Shown here: positions 9,383 through 18,642 of the stretch, piece after piece
Layout: each line of letters begins with the position of its first letter
How positions within the stretch are numbered: position 1 is the stretch's first letter
Virus record (IMG/VR): IMGVR_UViG_3300017971_000212
DNA length: 64,000 nt
Reading direction: 5' to 3' (one strand)
From: an uncultured virus (IMG/VR IMGVR_UViG_3300017971_000212)
Taxonomy: Duplodnaviria; Heunggongvirae; Uroviricota; Caudoviricetes
Program-made: the position numbers and the translations under genes
The notes under the pieces: model-generated
What the model saw: only the letters and a program-made list of their open reading frames with translations
Database searches by the model: none
Told to the model about the DNA's origin: nothing

Positions 9383-11572
9383 ATGGCGCTTGAACTCGAC
9401 TCCTCGGGGCGCCGTCTCGTGCGGATGGCCTACCGCGTCACCGATCCCGAGCTGCGACGTCGGATCCTGGAGGATCTCCGCGCTGCTCGACAGCCCTCCC
9501 TCTCGCCGCTGGCTCGGAAACTCGTACGCGTGGCGTTCGCCACGACGGACGAGACGCTGCGGCGCGGCATCCTCGATTCCATCCGCACGGCCGCATACGC
9601 GCCCGAGTTCCTCGAGTGGGCCAGAGCTCGCAAGCATCGCAAGTCGACCACCGGGAACCGGGTCAAGTGGGACTCGCTGACCTCGCAGGAGAAGGCTCAG
9701 GTCCACGCCCAGTGGCAGCAGCAGGCGCAGGGGCAGCCCGCCGAGGGAAAACCTGCGCAGCCCCAGGCGCCCTTCACCGGGGTGTCGGGGGAAGTCTACG
9801 AGAAGCTGAGCGAGTTCTACCCCCGCAGGCCGAAGGACATGGACGAGCTTCGCGAGATGCACGAGAAGGGCGAGGCGTGGCACCTTCCGGCCGTCGCCAT
9901 GACGGCGGGCGGAGGCATGAAGTTCTGGGAGGCGCGGGGGGAGGACGGCAAGATCTCGATTCGGTGGGGACCTGTCGGAGGCTGGCAGCAGAGCAAGCCG
10001 GGCAAGAGCCTTGAGGACGCCATGAAGCGTTTCCAGGCCAAGGCGCACAAGGGCTACATGGTCGCCGGGCCGGGCCTCGCCATGTCCTTCTCCGGCGGCC
10101 CTGTCGGCATGAGCGGAGACACGCTCTGGAAACGTCTCGAGAAGGACTACGGGGACGATCCCGCGAAGATGCGGAAAGTGGTCGAGGCGGCCGTGTCGCA
10201 CCTGGAGAACCTTGACTCCACGGATCCGGGCCAGTGGCCCGACCTCGCGAGCACGGCCAAGGAGCTCCGCGAGAGGTTGAAGGAACAGGCCAAGGAGCCG
10301 GAGAAGCCGGAGAAGCCGAAGAAACCCGAGAAGAAGAAGGTGCAGCCGAAGCAGACCGATCCCCTCACGAAGACGCAGAGGGAGGAGGTGGACGAGCTCG
10401 TCATGACGATGAGCGGCGAGGTCACCGCGGTCGGCGACCTCGTCAAATACGTCGACAAGATCGACGCGATCCTGCCAGAGGGCCTCACGACCGCGCAGCG
10501 CCGCGGGATCTTCGAGGGCGTCGCGAAGGATCTGGCCGACCACCTCGACACGGCGGCGTTCACCGTCGACGATCCTGGCGATTCCCAGCTCTATCACGAC
10601 ACGGCCTACACCATTCGCCAGCACGCGAAGGAGTGGGCCAAGCAACAGTCCGAGAAGAAGCCGGTGAAGAAGGAGCCCGAGAAGGAGCCCGAGAAGCCGA
10701 AGGAGAAACTCGAGATCGGAACCGAAGTGACGAGCACCGATCAGATGGTCCCGGGCATGTTCATCTCGAACAGCGCGGGCATTGTCGGCAAGATTACTAG
10801 CATCCTCCCTGACGGCGGGGTTCGCTTTCGCACTTTCGACACGGGCGCCGGCGAGTACCGGAAGGGTACCAAGACGATGTCGAAGGAAGATGCGGAGGCG
10901 TGGTTCGCGAAGGGCAACTCCTTCACGGTCACCGAGGATCCGGCGCCGAAGAAACCCAAGAAGCCCGAGAAGAAGGAGCCCGGGGCTCCGAAACCGACCG
11001 GCAAGTACAAGGACCGCAAGGAGCTCCGCGGCAAGGGCAAGAAGAAACCGACCGACAAGGTCGAGGCCAAGACGGCGCTGGGCGAGAAGTTGATCCCGCC
11101 GGGGCTCAAAGGACCGCAGCGGGACGCGGCCGAGAAACAGCTCGAGGGCCTCACCTACGAGGGGCTCTCCAAGATCCGTGGTCACCTGGCAGCGGCGCTT
11201 GCCAGCCCCGACAGTCCCTACGCCAAGGGCCTCGCGAAGGCGGGCTACGACACGAGCGAGAAGGCCCTCAAGGGCCTCCAGGCACTTATCGACGAGCGGC
11301 TTGAGGACGTCAAGGGACGTAGGTACCACTCGGACGTGCTGGGAGTCGCCAACAAGCACGACATGGAGGGAGAGGACGCCGACGCGCTTCACGAATTCAA
11401 GGCGAGCAAGCCGAAGCGCGGCAAGAAGCTCACCGACCAGGAGCTCATGCAGAGGTTCCTGTCCAAAGCCAGTCCCGAGACGCGGGAGCGCATGCAGGAC
11501 ATGCCCGTGGCCGACTTCATGGTAGCCTACAAGGCCATCATGGCCGACGAGGAAGAAGAGGAGGCCGCATGA
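9383..11572 (+). CDS. modular protein with a WGR-like domain, tandem paralog of the upstream gene
   Basis: KFWEARGEDGKISIRWGPVG..KAHKGY is WGR-like. Shares PGMF..GK(V/I)TS(M/I)LPDGG and KKLTD..LMQ.FLSKASPETRERMQ with the upstream ORF. Confidence 0.75.
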   Translation: MALELDSSGRRLVRMAYRVTDPELRRRILEDLRAARQPSLSPLARKLVRVAFATTDETLRRGILDSIRTAAYAPEFLEWARARKHRKSTTGNRVKWDSLTSQEKAQVHAQWQQQAQGQPAEGKPAQPQAPFTGVSGEVYEKLSEFYPRRPKDMDELREMHEKGEAWHLPAVAMTAGGGMKFWEARGEDGKISIRWGPVGGWQQSKPGKSLEDAMKRFQAKAHKGYMVAGPGLAMSFSGGPVGMSGDTLWKRLEKDYGDDPAKMRKVVEAAVSHLENLDSTDPGQWPDLASTAKELRERLKEQAKEPEKPEKPKKPEKKKVQPKQTDPLTKTQREEVDELVMTMSGEVTAVGDLVKYVDKIDAILPEGLTTAQRRGIFEGVAKDLADHLDTAAFTVDDPGDSQLYHDTAYTIRQHAKEWAKQQSEKKPVKKEPEKEPEKPKEKLEIGTEVTSTDQMVPGMFISNSAGIVGKITSILPDGGVRFRTFDTGAGEYRKGTKTMSKEDAEAWFAKGNSFTVTEDPAPKKPKKPEKKEPGAPKPTGKYKDRKELRGKGKKKPTDKVEAKTALGEKLIPPGLKGPQRDAAEKQLEGLTYEGLSKIRGHLAAALASPDSPYAKGLAKAGYDTSEKALKGLQALIDERLEDVKGRRYHSDVLGVANKHDMEGEDADALHEFKASKPKRGKKLTDQELMQRFLSKASPETRERMQDMPVADFMVAYKAIMADEEEEEAA

Positions 11573-11985
11573 CTCCCCGCGACCGAAAGCTGATCCGACT
11601 GGCCTTCCACGCTCGGGATCCCGACCTGCGGCGTCGGGCCGTCGGGCACCTGCGCAGCGCGAGGGAGAAGCTTCCGAGGCAGCCGTGGTCGGTGATGCAG
11701 GAGGCCCGGGAGGAGGGGTTGATCGCTGGCGAGGACGAGGATGACCTTGAACTCGAGGCCGTCACCCTGTTCGACTCCCCCGAGGAGGTTGTGGAGGAGG
11801 TCTTGAAGACGGCCGCGTACGCCAAAGAATTCCTTCAGGGGGCGGACGGCACGAAGACCGAGAAGAAGTCGAAAAAGACTTCGTTGAACTCGGAGGATCG
11901 CGCGCTCATCAAGATGGCCCGCGCGACCGGGTGCCCGGAGTTGCGCCGCAGGCTCGTGAGGCTCGTCATCCCGTCCGACGGCTGA
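11569..11985 (+). CDS. small protein made mostly of helical tag motifs
   Basis: KLIRLAFHARDPDLRRR and ALIKMARATGCPELRRR; KTAAYAKEFL matches RTAAYAPEFL in the upstream gene. Confidence 0.65.
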   Translation: MTPRDRKLIRLAFHARDPDLRRRAVGHLRSAREKLPRQPWSVMQEAREEGLIAGEDEDDLELEAVTLFDSPEEVVEEVLKTAAYAKEFLQGADGTKTEKKSKKTSLNSEDRALIKMARATGCPELRRRLVRLVIPSDG

Positions 11986-12044
11986 GCCCGAACCGCTCCG
12001 CGGGTGTACAACCACCGGGACCTCACATCCCAGGTAGGTTTAGC

Positions 12045-12581
12045 GTGCCCGAAACCCTCGAACAGAGGTACGACCGAGTTTCTAGGGAACAGAAACGTAC
12101 CCTGGTCGTCCGCGCCGACGACTTCCGGTGCGACGAAAGGGGCGTCTACGACCACGGGGGCGACATGGGCGTGATCGCGTGGCGCATGGCGGAGCGCGTG
12201 TTCAGGGAGCTGCTGCCGGCCGTGGACGAGGTCAGGGCTCTGGTTGGGGCGCCCGGAGCCGGAAAGACGACCTGGTTAGAGCTTTGCGGCGTTCGTGGCG
12301 TCCTGTACCTCGACACCACGCTGTCTCGCAGGCTGTCGCGTCGCCAGGTGTGCATGGCCGCGCTGGCGGCGGACAGGGTGATCGACTGCGTGTTCATCGA
12401 CACCGAGCTCGAGGTGTGCCTCGCGCGCAACCGGAAGAGATCTCCCTCGCGGCGGGTGCCCGACGACCGGGTGCGAGACGCACACCACAGACTCGTCCTG
12501 TGTCCGCCTGACGTGGACGAGGGCTGGCGCAGGGTCTTGCATGTCTCCGGGGGCCCGGACCTCACCTGGGTGCTCCTGTGA
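12045..12581 (+). CDS. P-loop kinase, AAA_33 / polynucleotide-kinase-like
   Basis: LVGAPGAGKTTW, YLDTT, FIDTELEVCLARNRKR..VP and PPDVDEGW; start taken as GTG 12045. Confidence 0.75.
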   Translation: MPETLEQRYDRVSREQKRTLVVRADDFRCDERGVYDHGGDMGVIAWRMAERVFRELLPAVDEVRALVGAPGAGKTTWLELCGVRGVLYLDTTLSRRLSRRQVCMAALAADRVIDCVFIDTELEVCLARNRKRSPSRRVPDDRVRDAHHRLVLCPPDVDEGWRRVLHVSGGPDLTWVLL

Positions 12582-12599
12582 ACGCAGGTGACTAAGCGC

Positions 12600-12628
12600 T
12601 TGACACGGGCTCGCACGATCTCTAGTGT
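12600..12628 (+). promoter_or_regulatory. host sigma70-type promoter facing a non-coding region
   Basis: TTGACA (12600-12605), 17-nt spacer, TAGTGT (12623-12628). Confidence 0.7.
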
Positions 12629-12633
12629 GCGTC

Positions 12634-13110
12634 GGCCGTCTCCCCTCCGCCTCGTGCGGAGGCGAACCCCCGCGGGTGGAACGAGCTAACGCAAGTAGCG
12701 CGTTCTGGGGGTCGAGCGGAACGCTCGGGCGCGTCTAACGCCAAGCATTCAGGTTCCCCGACGCAATCCTCGACGGGAACTCTTGGTATCGGCGCCCACG
12801 GGTGGGGAAGCTGGGGAAACCCAGGAGGGACGACGAAGCCTCCGAGACGGCCCCTCAGGCCACCTACGCAAGAGGTCACGAACCGGCGAGGGAAAAGGTT
12901 GCACTGGACGGGCTGACCCTCCGAAAGCTGGGTCCTCAGGATGACTCGCCACGACCAAGCCTCCGACCGACGACCTCCTTCGTGCCCAGGGCGCGAAGGA
13001 GACCCATCGATCAGGGCGCGGTCCGCGGGGCACTCCCACCTCGCCTCTCGCCCTCGAGAGCGGGACTCCGTCGACGTCCTCTGGATGGGACCCGACGGTC
13101 GTCCTGCCTC
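12634..13110 (+). ncRNA. putative large structured non-coding RNA, family unassigned
   Basis: GGCCGTCTC (12634-42) pairs with GAGACGGCC (12844-52) and encloses six hairpins with GAAA/GCAA loops; further stems continue to about 13110; no credible ORF. Confidence 0.65.
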
Positions 13111-13118
13111 AGGTTCAA

Positions 13119-13322
13119 TTAGGGTTTGTAGAGAGGTGTCGTCTGTCCGAAGTCATCATCTGACGAACACGAGTCCTGAAAATCCATCCTCACGTTTCAC
13201 GAATCTTCACCATCATCCCCATTCACCTTCTCACGGTAGTCACGACGGGGAAGCGAGCTGGACCACGACCACGGGGAGGAAACTCGAGACCTAGGAGGAG
13301 CGGAAGAGGCTAAAAACCCTGA
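13119..13322. repeat. imperfect inverted repeat enclosing a strand-skewed TCAC-rich tract
   Basis: TTAGGGTTTGTAG (13119-31) and CTAAAAACCCTGA (13310-22); six TCAC within about 13190-13243. Confidence 0.4.
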
Positions 13323-13338
13323 CGGGGGAGGCTAGTCG

Positions 13339-13352
13339 GGTAGCCCGTCTAT
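13339..13352 (+). promoter_or_regulatory. putative late promoter
   Basis: GGTAGCCCGTCTAT upstream of ATG 13371. Confidence 0.5.
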
Positions 13353-13370
13353 GCCCCTCTTTAATGGAAG

Positions 13371-13778
13371 ATGTCCGACAAGCGCAGGGCGCGGCAGGGG
13401 AGCGTCGGGGGGAACCTGACCCCGAAGCAGGCCAAGACCGTGCTGGCAGCTCCCGTCTACGCCATCCTGTCGGGACGTGCGGTTCCCATCTTTCCGGGAA
13501 CCAACCTGGCGAGCTCGTCGGGGTTGGTGGGCATATTCAGGAAACCCGGCAACCACTGGCGCGCCATCTCGGGCCGCGTGGCCGCCGGGTATCCGGTCTG
13601 GGTCAACGGGAGGCAGTGGAACCGCGCCGTGGTTCCGGTGCTGACCGACCCTCGCTGGTCGACCGCGAACCCCGTGTTCGCCCAGACGGCCTCGACCAAC
13701 CTCAATCACGTGATCGACTTGATCGGGGAGGCCCTCGCCCAGAGCTTCCACGAGGCCGGATACGGACCGCTGCCCTGA
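13371..13778 (+). CDS. hypothetical protein
   Basis: 135-aa ORF with genome-typical codons; its stop overlaps the next start (TGATG). Confidence 0.6.
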   Translation: MSDKRRARQGSVGGNLTPKQAKTVLAAPVYAILSGRAVPIFPGTNLASSSGLVGIFRKPGNHWRAISGRVAAGYPVWVNGRQWNRAVVPVLTDPRWSTANPVFAQTASTNLNHVIDLIGEALAQSFHEAGYGPLP

Positions 13779-14008
13779 TGGCCTCGGTATCGTGGCCCGA
13801 CATGGGCGAGAACAAGCCTCCTTCCCAGCTCGCTCCCGGCGCCGTTGAGCGCCCTGAGAACGAGGTCGTGTGGGTCTCCTGCCGCGCCAAGAACTCCTGC
13901 AACGGGCGGCGCGCCAGGGTTCTTTTGAAGAAGAACGACGGGATTCACGGAACGTGGATTCAGTACGTCTGCCTGACGTGCAACACCCCGTTTTCCATCC
14001 GCGTCTAG
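13778..14008 (+). CDS. small zinc-ribbon-like protein
   Basis: CRAKNSC and CLTC cysteine pairs. Confidence 0.6.
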   Translation: MASVSWPDMGENKPPSQLAPGAVERPENEVVWVSCRAKNSCNGRRARVLLKKNDGIHGTWIQYVCLTCNTPFSIRV

Positions 14009-14021
14009 GTGTATAAGGAAG

Positions 14022-14636
14022 GTGGAGACCTACCGCTCTTCCCTCCTTTTCCACGGTCCGACCGCCCGCGCTCAAGCGCTCGCGATGGTGCCGAGTCTGG
14101 GGCGTCTCCTGCATGAGCCGTTCGGCGACGACGGGCTCAAGATCGCCGAGAGCAGGGAGGTCGTCGAGCTAATGAACCATGCGCCCGTCGGCGACCGCCC
14201 GGGGGTGGTCGTGATCGGACCCGTCTGTCGCGCGCCGCCCTTCTCGACGGACGTGCTGCTCAAGAGCATCGAGGAGTTCGACCAGCGGACCGTGCGGCCC
14301 GTGCTGTGGGCGTTCGACGAGGCCGAGGTGAGCGCGACCCTCCGTTCGCGCTGTCTGGCCCGTTGGTGTCCCGGAACCCGCGAGGTCGTGCCCGACGCGG
14401 CAGAGGCCGCGAGACGGGCCGTGGACGCGGTGCTCCTCGGGGACGCCGCGGCCGTCATCGAGGCGCTTCACGAGACCGATGGGCGCCTCGTGCTCGAGGC
14501 GGCCGCGGGCGTGTTGCTCGGGCGCGGATTGGACGACGTCGCGGGACTCCTCTGGGAATCCGTGAGGCTGCCCCTGCGCTATCGCGATCCGACACCGACC
14601 GAGGCCCTGGCCGCGTTCCTGGGGGCGATCCCGTGA
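14022..14636 (+). CDS. holB: DNA polymerase III delta'-like clamp-loader subunit (short, degenerate)
   Basis: DVLLKSIEE and ATLRSRC (SRC motif); no intact Walker A. Confidence 0.6.
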   Translation: METYRSSLLFHGPTARAQALAMVPSLGRLLHEPFGDDGLKIAESREVVELMNHAPVGDRPGVVVIGPVCRAPPFSTDVLLKSIEEFDQRTVRPVLWAFDEAEVSATLRSRCLARWCPGTREVVPDAAEAARRAVDAVLLGDAAAVIEALHETDGRLVLEAAAGVLLGRGLDDVAGLLWESVRLPLRYRDPTPTEALAAFLGAIP

Positions 14637-15637
14637 GTCAGTGGCGCAATCCACCCCCCGTCGTCGTGCTGTCGGGCTCCGAGAACTTCTTGCGCAGGCG
14701 CGAGCTCCGGGAGGCGGTCTCCGTGTCCGAGGCGTGCGGTCGTACCGTCGAGTACGCCCACGGCCGAGACCGGGACGAGATCTCTCGCGTCCTGTCGAGC
14801 ACGGGGGTCTTTTTCGACCAGAAGGTCCTGCTGGTCGTGGAAGAACCCGAGAAGGTCGACGCCGAGCTAGTCCTCCGGCACCATGAGGCGGGCGACTCGT
14901 CCGCGGCCGTCGTCCTTCACCAGGAGGGCGCGATCAAGGCGAAGTCGGGCCTCGGGCGCGTGGCGAAGGAGCTCCCCGAGCGTCTCGTCGCGCGCTTCGA
15001 GAAGCCGAAACCGTGGGAGGAGACGGACAGGGCGATCTCCTTCTGCGTGAAGGAGGCCACGCGCCTAAACGTCAATCTCTCGGAGCAGCTCGCGACGGCC
15101 GTCGTGCGGGCAGTGGGAACCGAGCTGGGGGTGCTCGCGTTCGAGATCGAGAAGATCGCGCTGTTCCTGCGATCGGTGGGCGAGAGGACGGTCACCCTCG
15201 CCCACGTGGGGGGCACCGTGGGCGCCCTCGGGGGGTTGGGCCCGAGGCCGGTGGTCGAGGCGCTCGGGCGCAGGGATCTCGCGGCGACGGGGCGCGCGCT
15301 CACCAGCGTGCGGAGGGCGCACGGCGGTCACGAGGGCGGCGCCGTGCTCCGCGTCTGCGCATTCGTCGGGCCCGCCGCGACGCAGTGGATGCACGTCGCG
15401 TCCCTCCTTCGCGCGGGCCTCTCCGCCGACGCCGTCGCCGAGAGGGTCGGTGTGCACCCCTTTGCGCTCCGCAAGAACCTCCTTCCCGCCGCAAAGCGGT
15501 GGGGCCAGGTACGATTAACCTCCCTACTAAGGTCGCTGGCTCGTGTGCAGCGATCTGTAAGGAGCGGTCACGTCAATCCGTGGGTCGAGCTCGAGTGCGC
15601 GTTGCTTCGCTCGCTATGCGAGGGGTCGTCGGGGTAA
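14633..15637 (+). CDS. holA: DNA polymerase III delta-like subunit
   Basis: PVVVLSGSENFL, LAFEIEKIALF, GVHPF and a C-terminal VRSG..PWVELE follow the HolA pattern; GTG start overlaps the upstream stop. Confidence 0.75.
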   Translation: MSQWRNPPPVVVLSGSENFLRRRELREAVSVSEACGRTVEYAHGRDRDEISRVLSSTGVFFDQKVLLVVEEPEKVDAELVLRHHEAGDSSAAVVLHQEGAIKAKSGLGRVAKELPERLVARFEKPKPWEETDRAISFCVKEATRLNVNLSEQLATAVVRAVGTELGVLAFEIEKIALFLRSVGERTVTLAHVGGTVGALGGLGPRPVVEALGRRDLAATGRALTSVRRAHGGHEGGAVLRVCAFVGPAATQWMHVASLLRAGLSADAVAERVGVHPFALRKNLLPAAKRWGQVRLTSLLRSLARVQRSVRSGHVNPWVELECALLRSLCEGSSG

Positions 15638-15777
15638 GGTGCGGATGGCGCTCGTTATTGACCACGGCGACGTTAGGCACCTTATACACGTGCCTTCTAT
15701 GCGCGCGGTGGTGCGGAGGCGCCTTGGCCTTCGTGTAGAACCGGCAGACCCACTATCGAGAATGGTCGAGGTCAAGG

Positions 15778-18387
15778 ATGTTGCAGCAGGCTGAAAGCAC
15801 TGTCGTCATGAAGGACTCTCCCGACGTTTCCAAGAAGACCGGCGAAGACGGAAGCGGAAACGGGAAGCACGCCACGACGGTGCATGGGACGTACTCTCAC
15901 GAGGAGGTGAGCGCCGCGACCCTGGAGTTCTTCGACGGAGACGAGTTGGCGGCAGACACGTGGGTCTCGAAGTACGCGCTGCGAGACGGCGACGGGCGGT
16001 ACGTCGAGAAGACCCCCCCCGACATGCACTGCAGGCTCGCGCGAGAGTTCGCCAGGATCGAGAAAAGCTACGAGAACCCGATGTCCGAGGAGGAGATCTT
16101 CGGCCTGCTGAGCGACTGGACAGTCGTGGCCCAGGGTTCTCCGATGAGCGGCGTCGGCAACCCGTTCCAGCTCCAGAGCGTCTCCAACTGTTTCGGAATA
16201 TCGCCGCCGTTCGACTCCTATGGTGGGATCCTGCTCACGGACCAGCAGCAGGCGCAGATCATGAAACGTCGCGGGGGCGTCGGAACCGACATCTCGACGT
16301 TGCGTCCCAAGGGGATGCCCACGGCCAACGCGGCCCACACGACGGACGGCCTCGGGATCTTCATGGAGAGGTTCAGCCACACCTGTGGCGAGGTCGGCCA
16401 GGGCGGACGACGCGGGGCCCTCATGCTCACCTGCGACGTGCACCATCCCGAGATTCGACGGTTCATCGGCATCAAGGATGAGCGCTCCTCCTGCCGCGTC
16501 TGCGGCCACGAGGAGCGCACGCGCGTCACGAAGGCGAACGTGAGCGTGCGCCTGAGCGACGAGTTCCTCGAGGCAGTCGAGAAGGGGGAGAAGTACCAGA
16601 TGCGCTGGCCGTGCGACCCGGATCAGAAGCCGGTCCTGGAGGAGTGGACCGACGCGCAAGAGATCTGGGACGACATCAACCAGCACGCGCGAGACAGCGC
16701 CGAGCCCGGGCTCCTGTTCTGGGATCGCATCCTCCGCGAGAGCCCGGCGGACTGCTACGCGGACGTGGGCTTCAGGACGATCACCACGAACCCGTGCTCG
16801 GAGATTCCCCTGAGCGGCGCGGACGCGTGCCGGCTGCTGCTCGTGAACCTCGCGAAGTTCGTGAAGGACCCCTTCACCGACAAGGCGACGTTCGAGTGGG
16901 CGCGCCTGCACGAGGTCACCAAGAAGGCTCAGCGCCTCATGGACGACCTCGTGGACATTGAGCTCGAGCAGGTCGACAAGATCATCGCGAAGATCGAGGC
17001 CGACCCGGAACCCCCCGAGGTCAAGACCGTCGAGCTCGGGCTCTGGCGGAAGATCCGGGCCTCCGGACACAACGGCCGCCGCACGGGCCTCGGCGTCACG
17101 GCGGTCGGGGACACCATCGCGATGCTCGGTCACAAATACGGCAGCGATGAGTCGATAGATCTCGTCGAGAAGATCTACAGGGCGCTGGCCGTGGCCTCCT
17201 ACGAGTCCTCGATCGAGATGGCCGGAGAGCGCGGGTGCTTCCCCGTCTACAACTACAAGAAGGAGGAGGGACATCCCTTCATCGAGCGCGTCCTCGAGGC
17301 GGGGGGCGAGGAGCTGCGCACCAAGTATGAGCGGCACGGACGCAGGAACATCGCGAACCTGACGACGGCGCCCACAGGAAGCGTCAGCCTGCTGACCCAG
17401 ACCTCGAGCGGCATCGAGCCGATCTACAGGGCCATCTACACGCGTCGCAAGAAGATCAACTCCGGGGATCCTGACGCCCGGATCGACTACGTGGACGCGT
17501 CGGGCGAGGCGTGGTCCGAGTACACGGTGCGTCACCACGGACTCGTCAGGTGGGAGCAGGTCACCGGCAAGGGGGACGAGGACTTCGAGGAGAGTCCCTA
17601 CCACGGGGCCGAGGCCCACGACCTGGACTGGAACCAGCGCGTCAGGTTTCAGGCGGCGGCGACCCGGTGGCTCGACCACGCCGTGAGTTCTACGATCAAC
17701 CTACCGGAGGACGTGTCCGTCGACACGGTCAAGCAGATCCACTGGATGGCGTGGAAGTCGGGATGCAAGGGCATCACGACCTACCGCGAAAACTCGCGGG
17801 ACGGCGTGCTCGTCGAGAAGCGCGAGTTCCTCCAGCACAGCGCGCCTAAGCGTCCCGAGCGGCTGCCCTGCGACATTCACCGCAGCCGCGTCAAGCGGGA
17901 GGACGGCGAGTACGAGGACTGGATCATCTTCGTCGGACTGTTCGAGGGCAAGCCGTACGAGGTCTTCGGCGGCACGACCGAGAACATCGAGCTCCCGAAG
18001 AAGGTCACCGAGGGTCACATCGTGAAGCGGGCGCTGAGGTCGGGCGGCAAGTACGATCTTCACTATGGAGAGGCCGACGACCCGCTCAAGATCAAGGATA
18101 TCGTCCGGCAGTTCGACAACGCCGATAGGGGCTGGGCGACCCGCATGATCTCACTGGCCCTCCGACACGGGTCTCCGCCGCAGTACATGGTCGAGCAACT
18201 CCAGCACGATAAGGACAGCGACCTCTACGACTTCGCGAAGGCCGTCGCCCGCGTCCTCAAGAAGTACATCCAGGACGGGACGAAGTCGGGGAAGAAGATC
18301 TGTCCGAAGTGCGAGGCACACGACAGCCTCCGGTATCAAGAGGGGTGCCTGCTCTGCATCTCGTGCGGCTACAGCAAGTGCATGTAG
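15778..18387 (+). CDS. nrdJ: class II (adenosylcobalamin-dependent) ribonucleotide reductase
   Basis: SNCF, GGRRGALM, TNPCSEIPL, TTAPTGS, SSGIEP, GCKGITTYR and C-terminal CPKC..EGCLLCISCGYSKC; no beta subunit nearby. Confidence 0.93.
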   Translation: MLQQAESTVVMKDSPDVSKKTGEDGSGNGKHATTVHGTYSHEEVSAATLEFFDGDELAADTWVSKYALRDGDGRYVEKTPPDMHCRLAREFARIEKSYENPMSEEEIFGLLSDWTVVAQGSPMSGVGNPFQLQSVSNCFGISPPFDSYGGILLTDQQQAQIMKRRGGVGTDISTLRPKGMPTANAAHTTDGLGIFMERFSHTCGEVGQGGRRGALMLTCDVHHPEIRRFIGIKDERSSCRVCGHEERTRVTKANVSVRLSDEFLEAVEKGEKYQMRWPCDPDQKPVLEEWTDAQEIWDDINQHARDSAEPGLLFWDRILRESPADCYADVGFRTITTNPCSEIPLSGADACRLLLVNLAKFVKDPFTDKATFEWARLHEVTKKAQRLMDDLVDIELEQVDKIIAKIEADPEPPEVKTVELGLWRKIRASGHNGRRTGLGVTAVGDTIAMLGHKYGSDESIDLVEKIYRALAVASYESSIEMAGERGCFPVYNYKKEEGHPFIERVLEAGGEELRTKYERHGRRNIANLTTAPTGSVSLLTQTSSGIEPIYRAIYTRRKKINSGDPDARIDYVDASGEAWSEYTVRHHGLVRWEQVTGKGDEDFEESPYHGAEAHDLDWNQRVRFQAAATRWLDHAVSSTINLPEDVSVDTVKQIHWMAWKSGCKGITTYRENSRDGVLVEKREFLQHSAPKRPERLPCDIHRSRVKREDGEYEDWIIFVGLFEGKPYEVFGGTTENIELPKKVTEGHIVKRALRSGGKYDLHYGEADDPLKIKDIVRQFDNADRGWATRMISLALRHGSPPQYMVEQLQHDKDSDLYDFAKAVARVLKKYIQDGTKSGKKICPKCEAHDSLRYQEGCLLCISCGYSKCM

Positions 18388-18393
18388 CGGCCG

Positions 18394-18558
18394 CTAGACG
18401 TAGCAGCTGAAGCTCACGTCGACGCTGAAGTCGACCTTCGGGTCCCGTCTCGGTCGCTCCTCCTCGCGCCTCGTCGCGGGCGCGTCGTCCTCGGGGGGAG
18501 GCGCCGGCGGGGGCGCGCGGGGCTCGTCTTGGGTCGGAATGGGCCGGGTCGGTCTCAC
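18394..18558 (-). CDS. possible 54-aa Pro-rich protein (not in ORF track)
   Basis: GTG..TAG ORF MRPTRPIPTQDEPRAPPPAPPPEDD..DPKVDFSVDVSFSCYV fills the gap, with GC-ending codons. Confidence 0.4.
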   Translation of the reverse strand: MRPTRPIPTQDEPRAPPPAPPPEDDAPATRREEERPRRDPKVDFSVDVSFSCYV

Positions 18559-18642
18559 GCCCTCTGCACGAGGCGTCGGAGTAATTTACAGGAAACGCCG
18601 GTTTTCACGTTCTACGGGATCCTGAGGGGGTAAATTCCGTAG

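Noticed and set aside
12622..13294. Short ORFs listed across the non-coding gap
   Set aside because: No RBS, atypical composition and mutual overlap; base-pairing explains the region better.
12627..13330. Group II intron (GTGCG at 12627), tmRNA, RNase P or tRNA
   Set aside because: I saw no domain V hairpin, interrupted gene or RT, no tRNA-like ends, and no GAGGAAAGTCC core; the GTGCG overlaps the -10 box.
15638..15777. Cobalamin riboswitch or NrdR box upstream of nrdJ
   Set aside because: Too short, with no B12-box consensus; only one small hairpin (AGGCAC/GTGCCT) and no convincing NrdR palindrome.
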